This document shows positions 40,251-57,460 of a DNA stretch of 64,000 nucleotides, piece by piece. The stretch lies in the NCBI RefSeq assembly GCF_009914755.1, contig NC_060930.1, one strand, 5' to 3'. Made by a program: the position numbers and the translations under genes. The notes beneath the pieces are model-generated. The model made no database searches and was not told the DNA's origin. It saw nothing but the letters and a program-made list of their open reading frames with translations. This DNA comes from the human T2T-CHM13v2.0 reference genome, Homo sapiens. Each line of letters starts with the position of its first letter. Positions within the stretch are counted from its first letter, which is position 1.

Positions 40251-42944
40251 ACTGATATTTTAATTTGGCAATGTATCAAGATATTCTAGGCTAAAGCAAA
40301 TAAATATGTAAATATCACTAGAATCAAAGATTCTCAGAATAAGAAAAAAGAAGTATAAAATGAGAGACTTTAAAACTGATTTGGAAACTCTGCAACTCAT
40401 GAACTCACTTTGAAATGCATTTTAAAAAGATGGGGTGTGGATGTACAGATCTATAATAAAGTAAATATAGCAAAATCTTAATTCTAAAATCTAGGTGGTG
40501 TGTACAAGGGTATTCACTGTATTAACTCTGTCTTCTGTATGTTTGTAAATGTTGGGGAGGAAAACTCCTTAGATTCTGTACTATACAAATCACAAAGAAT
40601 CACTGGGATGAATCTCAACTCTTAACCAGTCTGTTTTTCCATCTGACAACAATTACTTCTCATCAACCATTTTAAAACATTTCAACCACTCCTCCAAAAA
40701 ACTATCCATACTACTAAATCATCCACAAAGCCAAAAAGGTCTAGGACCAACAGATCATTTCTCCTTATCTTGGAATGTTAATCAACCTAAGTGATTCCAG
40801 CAATAGGCAAAGAGCAAGAATTCAATATATCTGAGATAAACATAAATAGAATGGTTATAAACTGTTTTCCTGGTTCTGAAAAACTGAAATATGATTTCAA
40901 GTAATATATTCATCAGGACAAAACTATATACAATCTTAAAGTTATATGACATGGGTGTCTTTAAGACATTAAAATGAAATTTTCTTCCTGAATTTTCAAT
41001 TAAATTTATATTAAAGTGAAAGTATAAGAACTGGTACCCATGAGAATAATTTTTTTTAATCTCTCATGTGACTCAAATACATCTTAAACCTATTTTTCTT
41101 TCTTAGACTAATGTTGAAAGCAGTTTTAATAGAGAAAAAAAGCTGGAGAGAATATACTCCAAAATGTCAACTGCCATTAATCCAGGTGGTAGGATTGTAT
41201 ATGCTTTTAAAAATATGTTATTTTTTTTCTATTTCACAGGATTTGTTTATTTGATTTTCCCTTTTGCATTAAGAATGCATTACCTTGTAATTGGAAAAAA
41301 AAATTTCTTGGGAAAAAAAAAACACCTATACTTGTTAAGTATAAAATAACTGACAGAGTAAGAGGTAAGGGTGATTTGGGATTTAAACTGCACTAAAGAT
41401 AACCACTTCAAGAATAATTTGAGAAACATGATGGTTATATATCTTTAGGTCACTTTTCCCATATTTCATACCTTCTTAAATAACCAATTTTTCTCTCCAC
41501 CAAAAATGTGGCTCCTACCATTCTTAATGGTTTTTAGAACATATCCAAAATCCAAGACTCACATTCTGTTCATTCCATAAATATTGACTATCTATACTCT
41601 GTACTATGCACAGCAAGTGCTAGGGGATTACAAAAGAAAAGATGTTATTATCCCTACCCACCTCTACTTAGTTAACATATTTATGCAGCACCTATTTTGT
41701 GTCTGGCATTGTTCTACACAACATGGATATAGCAGTAAACAAAACAGACCAAAAAAGCCTCTCTGATAAAGATTTTCTTCTCTTGTCTTTCATTGTTATG
41801 CCCTACACTTAGCCAAATGCAGCAAATCCACCTCAGAAATCCCTCTGCATCTCCTTAAAACTCACTAAAAACAGCAATATATAAATCTCTCATTTTGTCT
41901 GAGTATATCAGCTCCGTGCTGATTTCATTTTTTCCCTACCCAGCCTGAACTAAAATGGTCCATTTAGATATTCCCTCACCCGTAACCTCAATTACTACAA
42001 TTGTTCTTCCAACTTACCTAACCTATAGTTTCCCATTTTGCATCAATCATACAATTCAACTTTCCTCTCTAACCAGCTGGGTATATAGTAAAAAATTGTA
42101 AGTATGTAAACCGCTGTCACAAATTTGTGGTTTTAAATCTCACAGTTCCTCAATACCTTCACTTCTCTGATCAATGAACATTTACTAAATATCTATGTGT
42201 AGGATGACACAGATAAAGCTGTGGCAAAGACAAAAGTCTGTGCCCTCCCTAAAGGGATACTCTAACGGGTAGGACAGATCTTAAATAAATAATTATGAAG
42301 GTGATTAAATGCTATGAAGGGGAAGTACAAGATGCTGTGAAAGGGTGTTAACAGAGGAGCCTCATCTTGTTTGGAGGTGAAAAGGCTGTCAAGACAGGCT
42401 TCCAGAAGTAGTGATAAGTGCCAATAAATAAATTCCGCACAGCATCCCACCTTCCTAATTTATACTTAAAACCCCATATCCCACCTACTGGGCAAAGAAA
42501 CTTGCCTCATTCGCCTCCTCAGCCTTCTCCTGGACTCACTAGTGATTCCTTCTCCTCAGCATATACATACAACAAGGTCTCTCCCACCCAAACATAAATT
42601 GCAATAATTTTTCCGGAGAGTAATTTGGCCATGTGCATCATAAGCCTTAAAAATGTGCATACCCCTTCTTGTGATCCATAATTCCACTTCAAGAAATCTT
42701 TCCTACGGAAATAAAGACAAATTTCATGCAAAAAAGAGTATTTAGAATAGTGAAAGAATTAAAACAATCTAAATAACTGGCAACAGGAGAACAGCTATGG
42801 ATGTGCCTTAATAAACTTAGACTATGCCACAGCCAAAAATAAAAAGATATTCAGAGCTTTTAATCTCATAGAAGAATGCTTATAATTATGTAAGAAACAT
42901 ACTATAACTGCTACATAGAAATAAATCAATAATAATCCTCTACA

Positions 42945-43135
42945 AAAAAATTCAAAAATAAGCCAGGCATAGGATACATCTCTGTAGTCCTAGCTACTCG
43001 AGTGGCTGAGGCAGGAGGATCACTTGAACCCAACAGTTTACAGTGAGCTATGGTTACAGTGAGCTATGAATGCGCCACTGCACTACAGCCTGGGCAACAG
43101 AGAAATACCCTGTCTCCCCAAAAATACTAAATAAA
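42945..43135 (+). mobile_element. Alu right monomer / FRAM-like
   Basis: agccaggcat...tgtagtcctagctactc...cactgcactacagcctgggcaacag. Confidence 0.85.
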
Positions 43136-43181
43136 TCAATGATAAACACAGGATGTAAAAACCTGTATAAAGAGGATACCA

Positions 43182-43553
<372 letters not shown>

Positions 43554-43649
43554 TTATACAAAAATCATGGTTTAGTTTTCTCCCTTACATTTTTTCTGTA
43601 CTTTTTTTTCTTTCCTGAATTTCCAAAATTTCTTCCCCCCCCCCCACGA

Positions 43650-44229
<580 letters not shown>

Positions 44230-44865
44230 TGAATTATCAAATTGGCAGTGTATTACTTTTCTAAATGGGTTGTGAATTATTGTTTCTCACAACAGCAACA
44301 CAGCTACTAAGTCCACTGGCACATTATCTCCATTCCTTACCTCTCTTTGACACACTGCACCTGCTATCACCCCAATTTTAAGGAAACTGCTATCACAAGG
44401 ACTAATTAACCCCCCAAATGACAAACCAGTGGAGACTTAGCAGTCCTCCTTTGAACTGACTTCCTTGGCTTCTGAAAACACCTAGGATCTGCCTTCTAAT
44501 TCTCTGACCATTCTTTTATAGAATCTTAGATGATTATGTAACAAGAAGAAATTGTTTTAAAAAATTCATAAGTACATGAAAAGAATCTCAGACGAATTCC
44601 CTCCTTCTATATGTCCTTTAAATATGGTGTTTCAGGTGTCCACCCTAGGCCCTCTTTGTTTTTGTTACATTACATACTTGGGTGATCCTATCAATTCCCA
44701 TGGCTTTAACAACTTAACCTTCTGACCACTCCAAAATCTACCTTCAGCCCTACTCTCCTAAATCCCATTTATTTTTAGTCAAAGCCTTTGCTATTAATTT
44801 TCTGGGATTCCCCTAGCAGCTCAAACACTGTTCTCATCATCATCTTCTTTAAAGATCCACTTCCT

Positions 44866-45027
44866 GGCCAGGTGTGATGGCTCACAACTGTAATCCCAGT
44901 ACTTTGGGAGGCTGAGGCAGGAGGATCCCTTGAGCCCAGGAATTTGAGGCTGCAGTGAGCTATGATCACACAACTGCACTCCAGCCTGGGCAACAAAGTG
45001 AGGCCCTATCTCTTAAAAAAAAAAAAA
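44866..45027 (+). mobile_element. Alu monomer (FRAM/FAM-like)
   Basis: Single monomer with A tail. TSD aaagatccacttcct / aaaatcctcttct. Confidence 0.88.
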
Positions 45028-45483
45028 TCCTCTTCTGGTATTTTCTGATGTATTTAGTCACATCACTATCCATTTAATCTTCTAAGACAAAAGCTAGGGA
45101 GTCATTCTTAACATTCTCTCAACAACTACCTTTACGTGCTTACTACTCCTACTTCCTAATCAAGGAAATAAAGACAGATTTCATGTAAAAAATTAAGTCC
45201 TAATTAGTTAACAAATCTGTCTACTTTCCTCTACAACCCCACCACACAGATTAAACCCTCAATTTATTATTACAATAACCCAACTGATCTCTAGAAGTCA
45301 GTCTCAGATCTATTTTCCATATTACCCTCAGATAACCCACCTAAAAAGCAAATCCAACCATATAATTCCCTTGCTTAAAACTAGCACCTGAAAGATAAAA
45401 GGTAACACCCATTAGCATTAGAAGTCCCTTCATGATCATCTCCAGACACATTCCTCCCACAAAACTTTATGCTGAGCTTCCTC

Positions 45484-45526
45484 CAGCAGCAGCAGTGGCA
45501 GCAGCCAGCAGCAACAGCAGCAGCAA
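45484..45526 (+). repeat. Imperfect (CAG)n tract, i.e. (CUG)n in RANBP9 pre-mRNA
   Basis: cagcagcagcagtggcagcagccagcagcaacagcagcagcaa. Confidence 0.85.
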
Positions 45527-46393
45527 GAAGACACGAGTTTGCTGTGCACCAGGCATCTTTTTTCAGAGCAGCATCAAGCTGCTTGAGTTTGCTTCACACC
45601 AGGTACTCTAATAAGTGCTTTAAGTGAGTTATGTAATTTAGTCTTATGAGGTTGGCACTATTATTTCCTTTTCACAGACTGAGAGAGTCTGTCAAAAAAT
45701 ACAAAACCACAGAACCAGTTAAGTAGCAGAGCCAAGATTTACATCTCCACTATATTTCTCAACAAAAGTAACTAGTCAGCTTCTAAAACAGCTACTAATC
45801 TTTAACATCTCTGTTCATATCCTATCTTGTGAAGGATACCTGAGCAACTGAAGGACAGAGAAGCTTATGTTTAACTGTATTCCTCTTCTGTAATTTTATG
45901 TAAGCTTCCTAGATAGACTTCCCTGATCACCACCCTGTCTTCCAACAGTGTTGGTTACCTCCTCCAACATACTTCTCTAATTTGTTTATATGTCTACTAC
46001 TGTGTATCTCATACTGGATTTTATTAGTTACTTACATGTTCATTTCCCTTCTTACCTGCAAACTTCTGGAAAGTAGGTACCCTTTCTCAGCCATGTTTAC
46101 AGCCCTGTCTCCATCTCTGTCAATCCTAGGTTCTTAGCACAGTATCTGGCACATAACAGGTACTCGACAAACTAAATCTCCTCGTCTGTTATTTTCCTCC
46201 TGTTATTTTTTTTTTTAAATCTCTATCACACTCTATCCTCAGGCAACCGCCTCACAACCTAACTCCTAGCCCTAGCCCGTAAACTCTGTAGCAGTCTTGC
46301 AGACCGCCATCACACACTTCATCCTCTCCCCACTTTGTATTATCTTTCTAAAGCAGGTATCATATATCTTCCCTACTCAAAAAGATTGAAGGC

Positions 46394-46706
46394 AGTCTGG
46401 GTGCAGTGACTCATGCCTGTAATCCCAACACTTAGGGAGGCAGGAGGATAGCTTGAGGCCAGGAGTTCAAGACCAGCCTGTGCAACATACCGAGACCCAT
46501 CTCCACAAAAAAAAAAAAAAAAAAAAAATGCTGGGCATGGTGACGCACACCCATAGTCCCAGCTACCTGGGAGGCTAAGCTGAAGCAGGAGGATCACTTA
46601 AGTAAGGGAGGTCAAGGCTACAGAGAGCCTTGATTGTGCCACTGTACTACAGCCTGGGTGACAGAGCAAGACTCTGCTGCAAACAAAAACAAAACAAAAC
46701 AAAAAA
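46394..46706 (+). mobile_element. AluJ
   Basis: Dimer. Confidence 0.92.
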
Positions 46707-46789
46707 CTGAAAGCTCCCTTCTACCTATAGAGTATATTTCACCCTAGAACTATCATCAAGGCTCTATAACATCTGATTCCATTCTCACT

Positions 46790-47097
46790 TTTTTTCCTTT
46801 TTTTTTTTTTTGAGAGATGAAGTCTCACTCTGTCGCTAGGCTGGAGTGCAGTGGTGTGATCTCGGCTCACTGCAACCTTTGTATCCTGGGTTCAAGCGAT
46901 TCTTCTGCCTTGGCTCCCCAAGTAGATGTGACTACAGGCATGTGCCACCACACCCAGCTAATTTTTGTACTTTTTAGTAGAGATGGGGTTTCACTATATG
47001 TTGGTCAGGCTAGTCTCGAACTCTTTATCTCAGGTGATCCACCCGCTTCGGGCTCTCTAAGTGTTGGGATTACAGGCATGAGCCACCACACTCAGCC
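46790..47097 (-). mobile_element. Alu (S-type)
   Basis: Reverse dimer. TSD ttctcactttt / ttcttactttt. Confidence 0.94.
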
Positions 47098-47429
47098 TGT
47101 TCTTACTTTTATAACTCTTCCTTATAATCCAAGTCCCCAACAATACTGAACCATGTATCTCTGCCAAAGACCACAAAGTTGCACTCTTCCTGTGAGACTA
47201 TTCTGGCCATTTACCATAGTCTGGAATGTTCTTCCCCAAAAAGGCCTCTCAAATTCTTACTCATTTTGTAAGGTCTACCAACTACTACTTCCTGTATAAA
47301 TATTTCCTTGAGCCAAAATTAATTACTCTCTCCTCAGTTTTCCCATACATGGTCTCATTTCTAAGTACTTAGTATATTATGTCTTAAGAGTTGCATATTT
47401 CTGCTTCCTGCCTTGTCCCACCATATCTT

Positions 47430-47640
47430 CCAAACACCATATACCAACAGTTTGGTCAACAAAGGACTATGTATGTAGTCCTCTGTTGGACAGACCAGGT
47501 ATGTAGTAGGTACAGCCCAGGTATGTAGTAGGCTATACCATCTAGGTTTACATAAGTACCCTTTACGATGTTCATAAAAAAACATCGCCCAATGACTCAT
47601 GTCTTAGAACATGTTCCGTAGTTAAGTGACATATGACTAC
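47430..47640 (+). mobile_element. Internally deleted Tigger3-derived MITE
   Basis: gtttggtcaac...gtagtaggctataccatctaggttt...gttaagtgacatatgact. Confidence 0.65.
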
Positions 47641-48406
47641 ACTAAATTTGATCTTCCTCAAGGGCAGGGACCACATTCAGTTCACTCACTGTATTAATTG
47701 AGTTTCTACTAAATGTCAGGTCCTCTAGTAAGAACTATGAATAAGACAAATCAATAAAATAATTTCTTATCCCCACTCAGCTGCTGACGATGTGCTATAT
47801 CATAGGTGTTCAACATATATTTGTTAAATAAATATATTGCTTACTTATAATAAATGTATTGTTTACTCTTTGTTCACATTTACCCTGTGCTTCCATTTGC
47901 TGCTTACAACGAATCAAACCTAGAAGGAAAGATCCTTCTAGTTTTCAAAGCTAGACAGGAAGAAAGACCTTTGTTCTCCTCCCCCGCCAAGAAATAAACT
48001 AGAAAGTCAGCAAGCATAAAAGGAACATTCTGAAAGAGTGCACTTTATTATCAGCAGAAGAATTTAGGAACAGAACAGAGAGACTGAATTACTTGCCAGT
48101 TCTTACTGAAACACTGTCAAAGAGTGGCATCAATATTTTGTTTGAAGAGCTAAAAATACCATTCATAATAAATTATAATTCTAAAAACTTTCAAATAAAA
48201 ATTTTGTTCTCTCTCACATTTAGAATTAACTGTATGTCCACTGCCTCTATTAATATGCATAATTTAAAATTTGAATGAAATCCCTGAACTGAAAGTACCT
48301 AAGATACAGACTCCTTAAAGAAATTCATCTCAACGGTCAATGATCACTAAAAAGAAGGGAAAGTAAACACACACCCGTTAAATATATGCCCTAAAGAAGT
48401 TATGCA

Positions 48407-48707
48407 GGGCCAGGCATGGTGGCTCACGTCTGTAATCCCAACACTTTGGGAGGCCGAGGTGGGGGGATCATTTTGAGGTCAGGAGTTCAAGACCGGCCTG
48501 GCCAACATGGTGAAACCCCATCTCTCCTGAAAATACAAAAATTAGCTGGGTGCGGTGGGGCATACCTGTAATCCCAGCTACTAGGACAGACTAAGACAAG
48601 AGAATTCCTTGAACCCAGGAGACAGAGGTTGCAGTGAGCCAAGATTGTGCCACTGAACTCCAACCTGGGTGACAGAGACTCCGTCTCAAAAAAAAAAAAA
48701 AAAAAAG
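48407..48707 (+). mobile_element. Alu (S-type)
   Basis: Dimer. TSD aagttatgcag / aagtcatgtag. Confidence 0.94.
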
Positions 48708-49157
48708 TCATGTAGATAAAGTGATTTAATTTTTCTTGTGAAATGCATTAGATTTTATTTTTAAATTAATAATATTTAAAGACTATTTAGTCCTAATAAA
48801 TTTATTTAGCTGCACATATACAAAACTTAGGTTCAGTTTAAATGAAAACTCATGGCAGAAAATGAAATATATTCTTTCACTCAATAAAAGGAACTTTCTT
48901 CAGGTCTCATTTTCTAGGCAATAAAGAAATACAAGTAACAATCATGACAGTCATATTCCTAATTTTCCAGGGTAAACCTAGAAATAACGTACACCATAGG
49001 AATTAAAAGTCTTTACAAGCACATAATACATTAACACCAGTTCTTTCTACCCTATTGAAAGAGGCAATTCACATCCAACTCTTGCCATTTCATGAGAAAA
49101 TTTGTTGCCAAGGACAATTTATTTTAAAAACTGAGATCTGGGATAAACACTGTTTAA

Positions 49158-49483
<326 letters not shown>

Positions 49484-49632
49484 AAAATTCAGTTTTAAAT
49501 TAAGCAGAATAAACTCTCAGATGGGCACACATCACTGCAAACAAAAGGTTCCTAACAGCTACTCTTTCTGGTCCATACTTTACAAAGATGTTGAGATTTT
49601 TAGGAAATAATCTTTTCTCCAGAAAAACATTA

Positions 49633-50398
<766 letters not shown>

Positions 50399-50988
50399 AG
50401 TTTTCTCCAAGAACATACAAGAAATAGTACTTCTTCTAATCCATTCATTTATTCATACCTTTAAAAGCCAGCTATAAGTTAAGTACTGGAGTTATAGAAA
50501 TTAAAATAGTCCCTTACTCTTAAATCTGTAGGGTCATGTTGGCAGTAAGCAGACAATTGAAACAATACAAATATCATAATTACAGTCTGGCCAAAATGTA
50601 AAGGAGGCATAGAAAAGGCATATTCCTACTTTAAGGAGAAAATGCCATAAGAAAGGTACTCCTAAACTAGGACTTGAAGACCAATTAATTAGCTAGGCAA
50701 ATAGAGAAAGGGATAAGAGAAGGTGAAGGAAGGGCATGCATAAGGAACTAGAAATATAAGCCAGCATGCGTAGTCAGAGAACTCCAAATGGTACCTTATA
50801 GGTGAAGAGCAGGTGAGAATTAGGGATTCTTCAACATAATTAGTCATTAGGGAAATATAAATTAAAACCACAGCAAGAAATCACTAGAAACCTATTATAA
50901 TGGCTAAAAATTTAAAAAAAAATGACAATACCTAGTGCTAAGATCAACAGGAACTCTCATACACTGCTGGTAGAAATGCAAACCAGTG

Positions 50989-51647
<659 letters not shown>

Positions 51648-52088
51648 TTACAAAGTTAAAAATACACTTAACTACAATCCAGCAATCCCACTCCTAGATA
51701 CTTACTCGTGAAAAGAAAACTTATGTTTACACAAAAACCTGTATATACATGTTTACAGTTCCAGCCAAAAAACTGGAAACTGAGAAGTTCTTCAACTGGG
51801 GAGTGGGTAAGCAAACTTTGGTTCACTTATCTACAAAATTAGATTTAAAAGGACTGTTCTATGAATATATACAACAGGGAGGAATCTCGAATGTGTTATG
51901 CTAAGTGAAAGATACCAGACTTAAAAGGCTACAAACTATATGATTCCATTTATATGCCATTCTTGAAATGGACAAACTATAGAGACAGAAAACCAGTCAA
52001 CAGTTACCAGGAGCTAGATATGGGGAAGGGTTGTCTACAAAAGAGTATGGCAGAATTTTGGGGGATGATAGAGCTGTTCTATATAAAG

Positions 52089-52455
52089 CAGTCCGCATTT
52101 ATCTGTGGTTTTGCTTTCCTCAGTGTTTCAGTTACCCACAGTCAACTGAGGTCCAAAAATATTAATTGGAAAATTCCAGAAATAAGCAATTTGTAAGTTT
52201 TAAACTGCATGCCATTCTGAATAACATGATAAAATCTCATGCCATTGGATTCAGTCCCGCCCTGTCCCCACCTGGGAATCATTCCTTTGTCTAGCATATC
52301 AACGCTGTATTTACCACATGCCCTTTAGTCACTGAGTAGCCCTCTCAATTATCAGACTGAAAAAAAACATAGTATATATAGAGTTCAGTACTATCTGCAG
52401 TTTCAAGCATCCACAAAGGGTCTTGCAATGTATCCCCCACAGATAAGGGGAGTCT
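52089..52455 (+). mobile_element. Tigger2-derived MITE (MER8/MER28-like)
   Basis: ttatctgtggttttgctttc...cagttacccacagtcaactgaggtccaaaaatattaa...gtatcccccacagataagggg TIR. Confidence 0.8.
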
Positions 52456-52925
52456 CCCATATCAACTGCGATGCTGGTTATATGACTATACATGTTTGTC
52501 AAAACTCACAGAACAGTACACTAAAAAGAATAAAGTTTACTATGTGTAAAATATACCTAATTTTAAAAACAAAAGAAAAAGGGTAAGGTATCCTGGCTAC
52601 AAAGAGACTGAAAAATGACCCAAGAGCTAGTCAGATCTGAGGGGTCCTGTTAAGAAGCTCTACATTTTATCCTTGAAGCAACAGATATCTCAAAAAACGG
52701 GTAGAGGCAACTCAGTTTTTTATTACTAAGAACCCTGACAACAGTTATAGACTAGAATAAGAGCAAAACAGGCAGCAACTGGAGACCCATCAACCAACTA
52801 TCTGAGAGTAATTCAGCAGATAAATAATTGAGATCTGACAAAGGGAGAGGCAGTAGAGATGAACAGAAAAGTTAAAAGCAGGAAATTCTCAAGTTTCTAG
52901 CAATAGTGAAACCACCAACCAAATG

Positions 52926-52949
52926 TTTTTTTTTTTTTTTTTTTTTTTT
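52926..52949 (+). repeat. T24 homopolymer not attached to an Alu
   Basis: Seen directly. Confidence 0.9.
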
Positions 52950-54307
52950 CAGAAAAAGATTTTAAACAAGCTAAATTTAAATGCCTGTGGGACATTCAAA
53001 TGCAAACATTTGGTTAGACACATTGTCTGGAGCTCGAGGGAATAAGCTAAGATGTAGCATTAGATTTGAGAATCATCAGGGTATTTGCAGCCAAATATGA
53101 GGTCAAGTTCATATAATTTGAAGTATAAAAAGAATCAGCTTACTGATTATACAGCTTGTAAAGTGAGAAATGGTGACAATCGTGTGCCTATTTCAATATG
53201 GGCCTCTCTCAACCACTCTATCCTTGGCATCTCTGATTTTCTCTTTGGCTTGATTACCCTAAGAAAACTGAGGCAGTTACATAAAAAGCTGTCACTGAAT
53301 TCCAAGTTTTTATTTTCTGTTGCTCATACTGTTGACATCGAGAATATTCAGCCGATAAAGGAGTAATCTACTGAATACACTTATTTGGTTAATTAAACAC
53401 AGGAGGACCACTAAGAGGGGTTTGATTTGAGGTCCATCTGACTGACCTCACAGGGCAACTTATCCACACAGCTCAATAAGCTTTGTCTTGGTAACTCAAC
53501 TAAAGACCCTATGACTGCTTTAAGAGACCTCTGATATGCAATAAAGTTATCAGGAAATACTATAGGATAGATCCAATGATTCTAGGTAATTAGTGCTTAA
53601 CCAGGGATAGGCACCAAAATTCAGTGTGGAGCTTTCTCAAAATGCCTATCTTGCCCAAAGCTCTACTTCTGAAAATCCTAATTTAGGAACTTTTGGGGTA
53701 AGGCCCAAAAATTACTATATTTTTAATAGTCTCATAAGTGAATTCTGATACCCATACAAACCACACACCAATCCCAAGCTGAAAAGCAATGATATAAAAT
53801 TTGGTTCCAGGCCCTACCATGGAATTCTCATTTGGAAATTTCTAAACCACATCCTAAACCTTGAAAATCTCCTCTAGTTGAGAGCATACAAATACACATT
53901 TCCCAGCTGAAACCTAAAATTCTAAGTCCAACATCTGTAAAATACCTATGAATCACCAACTGACTATGATTACTAGTTTGAGAGGATTTAACTTCTTAGC
54001 AGAATTCACGAAAAAGCAGTGTAAGAAAAGTCATGGAAAATGAGTCACCATCCCTTCATTCCTTAATTCCAAATTCTCCATTTTAATAATAAACCTACCA
54101 GAAAAGCTTAGTTAATATCACCAACTCAAGCTTTAACTTCAGCTAGTATTTAAGCATAACCAGATCCAATCTGTTATACTGAAATATTCAGATTCCACTT
54201 TTCCAATTAGCAAAATTTCCAGGATTCCAACTTTCCAATTACATCATAAACATTATGAACCAAAACAAAAAAACTAGCAAACGATTTTTCTCACCAAAAT
54301 TTACTTA

Positions 54308-54481
<174 letters not shown>

Positions 54482-56169
54482 TTAAACAATTCAGGAACAT
54501 ATAGGTTTTTGGAATGATGTATTATTTCTGCTCCTATCAGTTCAAATACTCAATAAAACGTTTATCATCACCATGAACCCAATATGCAAAATAGCCCAAG
54601 TTAACCACAGAACTCTTCACACTATTACTAGTTTTATTAAGATTGCAGAATCCAAATATGGAAATTGAACCTAGCAGCCTTTTATGCAAATTAAATAAAA
54701 GACATTATAGAGTACACTATATTTTTAAGAGGAAAAAGGCTGTATGAAGAACATGAGAGAAAGATCTCAATTTTATCAGGTCTAAATTTGCATATAACTT
54801 ATATAATTTCTGTACACTCTTGCCAAAGTCCTGGCTCTTTAAACCAGAAGCATCTGTATTGTATATTTCTAAGTGAAATCTTACACAATTAGATTGAATT
54901 GGCAAAACAGCTTTCTTAAGAATTTACAGTTTTGTTCTTTGGTATAGTCTTATTAATTAAAGCTGATTCATAAAATCTCTTGGGCCAATAATAGCTTATT
55001 GAGAAATACATCTAATTTCTAAACGTATTTTTTTCTTTTTAAACAACAGAAGTAACACCATGCCACTGCTGACACTTTAGAAAATCTTTTAGATAATGGC
55101 TTTCAAACTTTTTAAACCAGCTATTCCTCAATTCTAATCCCACAGGGTTTGCTAAACTCACAATCACTTCCCCTACCTCTCGCCCAAGACACAAATTACC
55201 TTGAAAGCTAGCATGTAGACAATATTAAGAGAAAATATGTCCACAAAACCATGGAAGAATAAAGAAAGAAGTTGAAGTAGCATGTCAGAAAGTACTCATA
55301 GAGTATGAGTGAGACAAGTCTCCATATCCCCAAAAGGACTGCATGAGAAACAATACTCTAAATCATTATTGGGGTGTTCTAGTTAAATATGCTCCACGCA
55401 ATACAAACTTCGCATTAATCTTTCAGTCATACTATAAAATTATCTTCATGGGTAGCAGAATTCTCCTTAAATTTATGATTGTTTTAAAACTAAATACCTT
55501 CTTGTAAGTCAAAAATTGTATCTTAAGATATACAATCATCACACATGAATGAGATCATATCCTCCCTTACCACACACTTGACCAAATTTATCAAATTTCC
55601 AACACATGCCTTATTACTATTAAACACTTAAGTTTACACTTGCAATGCAAATTAGTACATGTTCACACCCCCCACTCCCCCCACAAAAAAATGGAATGAA
55701 TTCTGCCACTCCTTCCATTACCATGAAAACTTGGGTTATGGGCAGAAGTTCTTTTAGCCTGGTGACCATAAGGAGTCAACAAGCTTGGCTAGGCAAGACA
55801 AAAATGGAAGCAACAGTATTTACATGCATCAAAACTACTTCAACATATGATGCAGGTAATAGATTTACACTGAGCTAAGCAGCAGAAAAGAAACAATTGC
55901 ACAAGTCTGTGCACTAGTCACTTTTTAATAAAATTTAATTATGGTGGCAGTAAAACACATTTTTCAGTCAAAATATGTTCAAATAATTAAGTTACCTGAG
56001 AAAAGGCCATGGAAACTACATATTTAAAAATTAGATTGTTACAAATAAATCTATAGAAAACTATCTAAACAAAATCTAACTGCAGTTCTAAATCCACTGA
56101 TTTTTTAAGGGGAGTGACCCAAACTTTTAGTGATAAAGTAATCCCAAAGTATTCTTAATAACAAATAAT

Positions 56170-56410
56170 AGTTACATATATTTAATACCGTGTGAAAGGC
56201 ACTGCTCTAAGAGCATTAAGTTTATTAACTCATTTAATATCCAAAACAACCCCATGAGGTAGGTACTATCTATTATCATTTCACAGTTGAGGAATCCAAG
56301 GGAAGATAATGAAACTCGCCCAAAGTCATACTGCTAAAAGCGAATTCCAAACCAGGATTTGTGCTGGGATTTAAATTCAAGAAACCTGATCTAGTGTGAG
56401 CTCTGAACCC
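56170..56410 (-). mobile_element. MIR
   Basis: aactcatttaatatccaaaacaaccccatgaggtaggtactat...tttcacagttgaggaa. Confidence 0.7.
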
Positions 56411-56956
56411 ACATGAAGGATTTAGTTACAATGAACATTCGGGGATCACTTCACATATCCCCATGTCCTATTCTGACTACTTCTACGGGAAAAGAGAAAG
56501 AAACCAATATTTGAAAGTAAACAGTCTCTCAAAGAGTTGGGTGCTTTTGTATGGATTTTTCTCTTTCAACATTTACGAAATAGGTATTATTTAACCTCAC
56601 TTTTTGAAATGAAGAAATCTGTAATCTGTCATGGGCCTACAGAAAAAAAAATAAAATGTTTACACATTATATACCCAGCCCCAAATTGGTAGAAACATAT
56701 ATTAGATCCATGCATGAATTAAAATCCCATACATTTTTCCATTATGCAAAAATTACTATAAAGTACCAGTTATAAATCTTCAAGGATCCATTATATTTGT
56801 TAGGATTCACTAATTGCAGATAAATTCTGTAAATATTAAAACTAAAAAGATTTGTTTCATGTTTAAATTAAAATTTAAATTAGATGTAAAAGGTATAAGG
56901 AAAAGTTTAAATGCAAGATTATAAGGTTTCATATTATTTCTTAAATGAGACCAGTC

Positions 56957-57460
56957 CAAGTTGAGTATCCCTTATCTGACATGCTTGGGACCAGAAGTGT
57001 TTTAGATTTTTTTCAGATTTTACAATATTTGTGCATACTTACCAGTTGAGCATCCTAAATCCAAAAATCCAAAATCTAAAATGTTTCATTGGGCATTTCC
57101 TTTGAGCCGGGCGTGGTGGCTCATGCCTGTAATTCCAGCACTTTGGGAGGCTGAGGCGGGCGATCACTTGAGGTCAGGAGTTCAAGACCAGCTTGGCCAA
57201 CATGGTGAAACCCTGTCTGTACTAAAAATACAAAAATTAGCCTGGCATGGTAGTGTGCGCCTGTAATCCCAGCTACTCAGGAGGCTGAGGCACAAGAATC
57301 GCTTGAACTTGGGAGGCAGAAGTTGCAAGGGCCTGACAGCGCCACTACACTCCAGCCTGAGCAATAGAGTGAGACTCTGTCCCAAAAATAAAAAAATAAA
57401 AAATCAAGTTTTGAATTCTGAAAGCATTTTGAATTTCAGATTTGGGATGCTCAAACTTGT
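56957..57460 (+). mobile_element. Tigger4 (MER46/Zombi)-derived MITE interrupted by an Alu
   Basis: caagttgagtatcccttatctga...gggaccagaagtgttttagatt ... gggatgctcaaacttgta TIRs. Confidence 0.8.
57106..57400 (+). mobile_element. Alu (S-type)
   Basis: Full dimer inside Tigger4. Confidence 0.95.

Larger units (their letters stand above)
44330..46170 (+). mobile_element. L2 fragments with embedded MIR
   Basis: ggaaactgctatcacaagg...ccttggcttct...ctagggagtcattctt... and the 3' end ttagcacagtatctggcacataacaggtactc. Confidence 0.55.
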
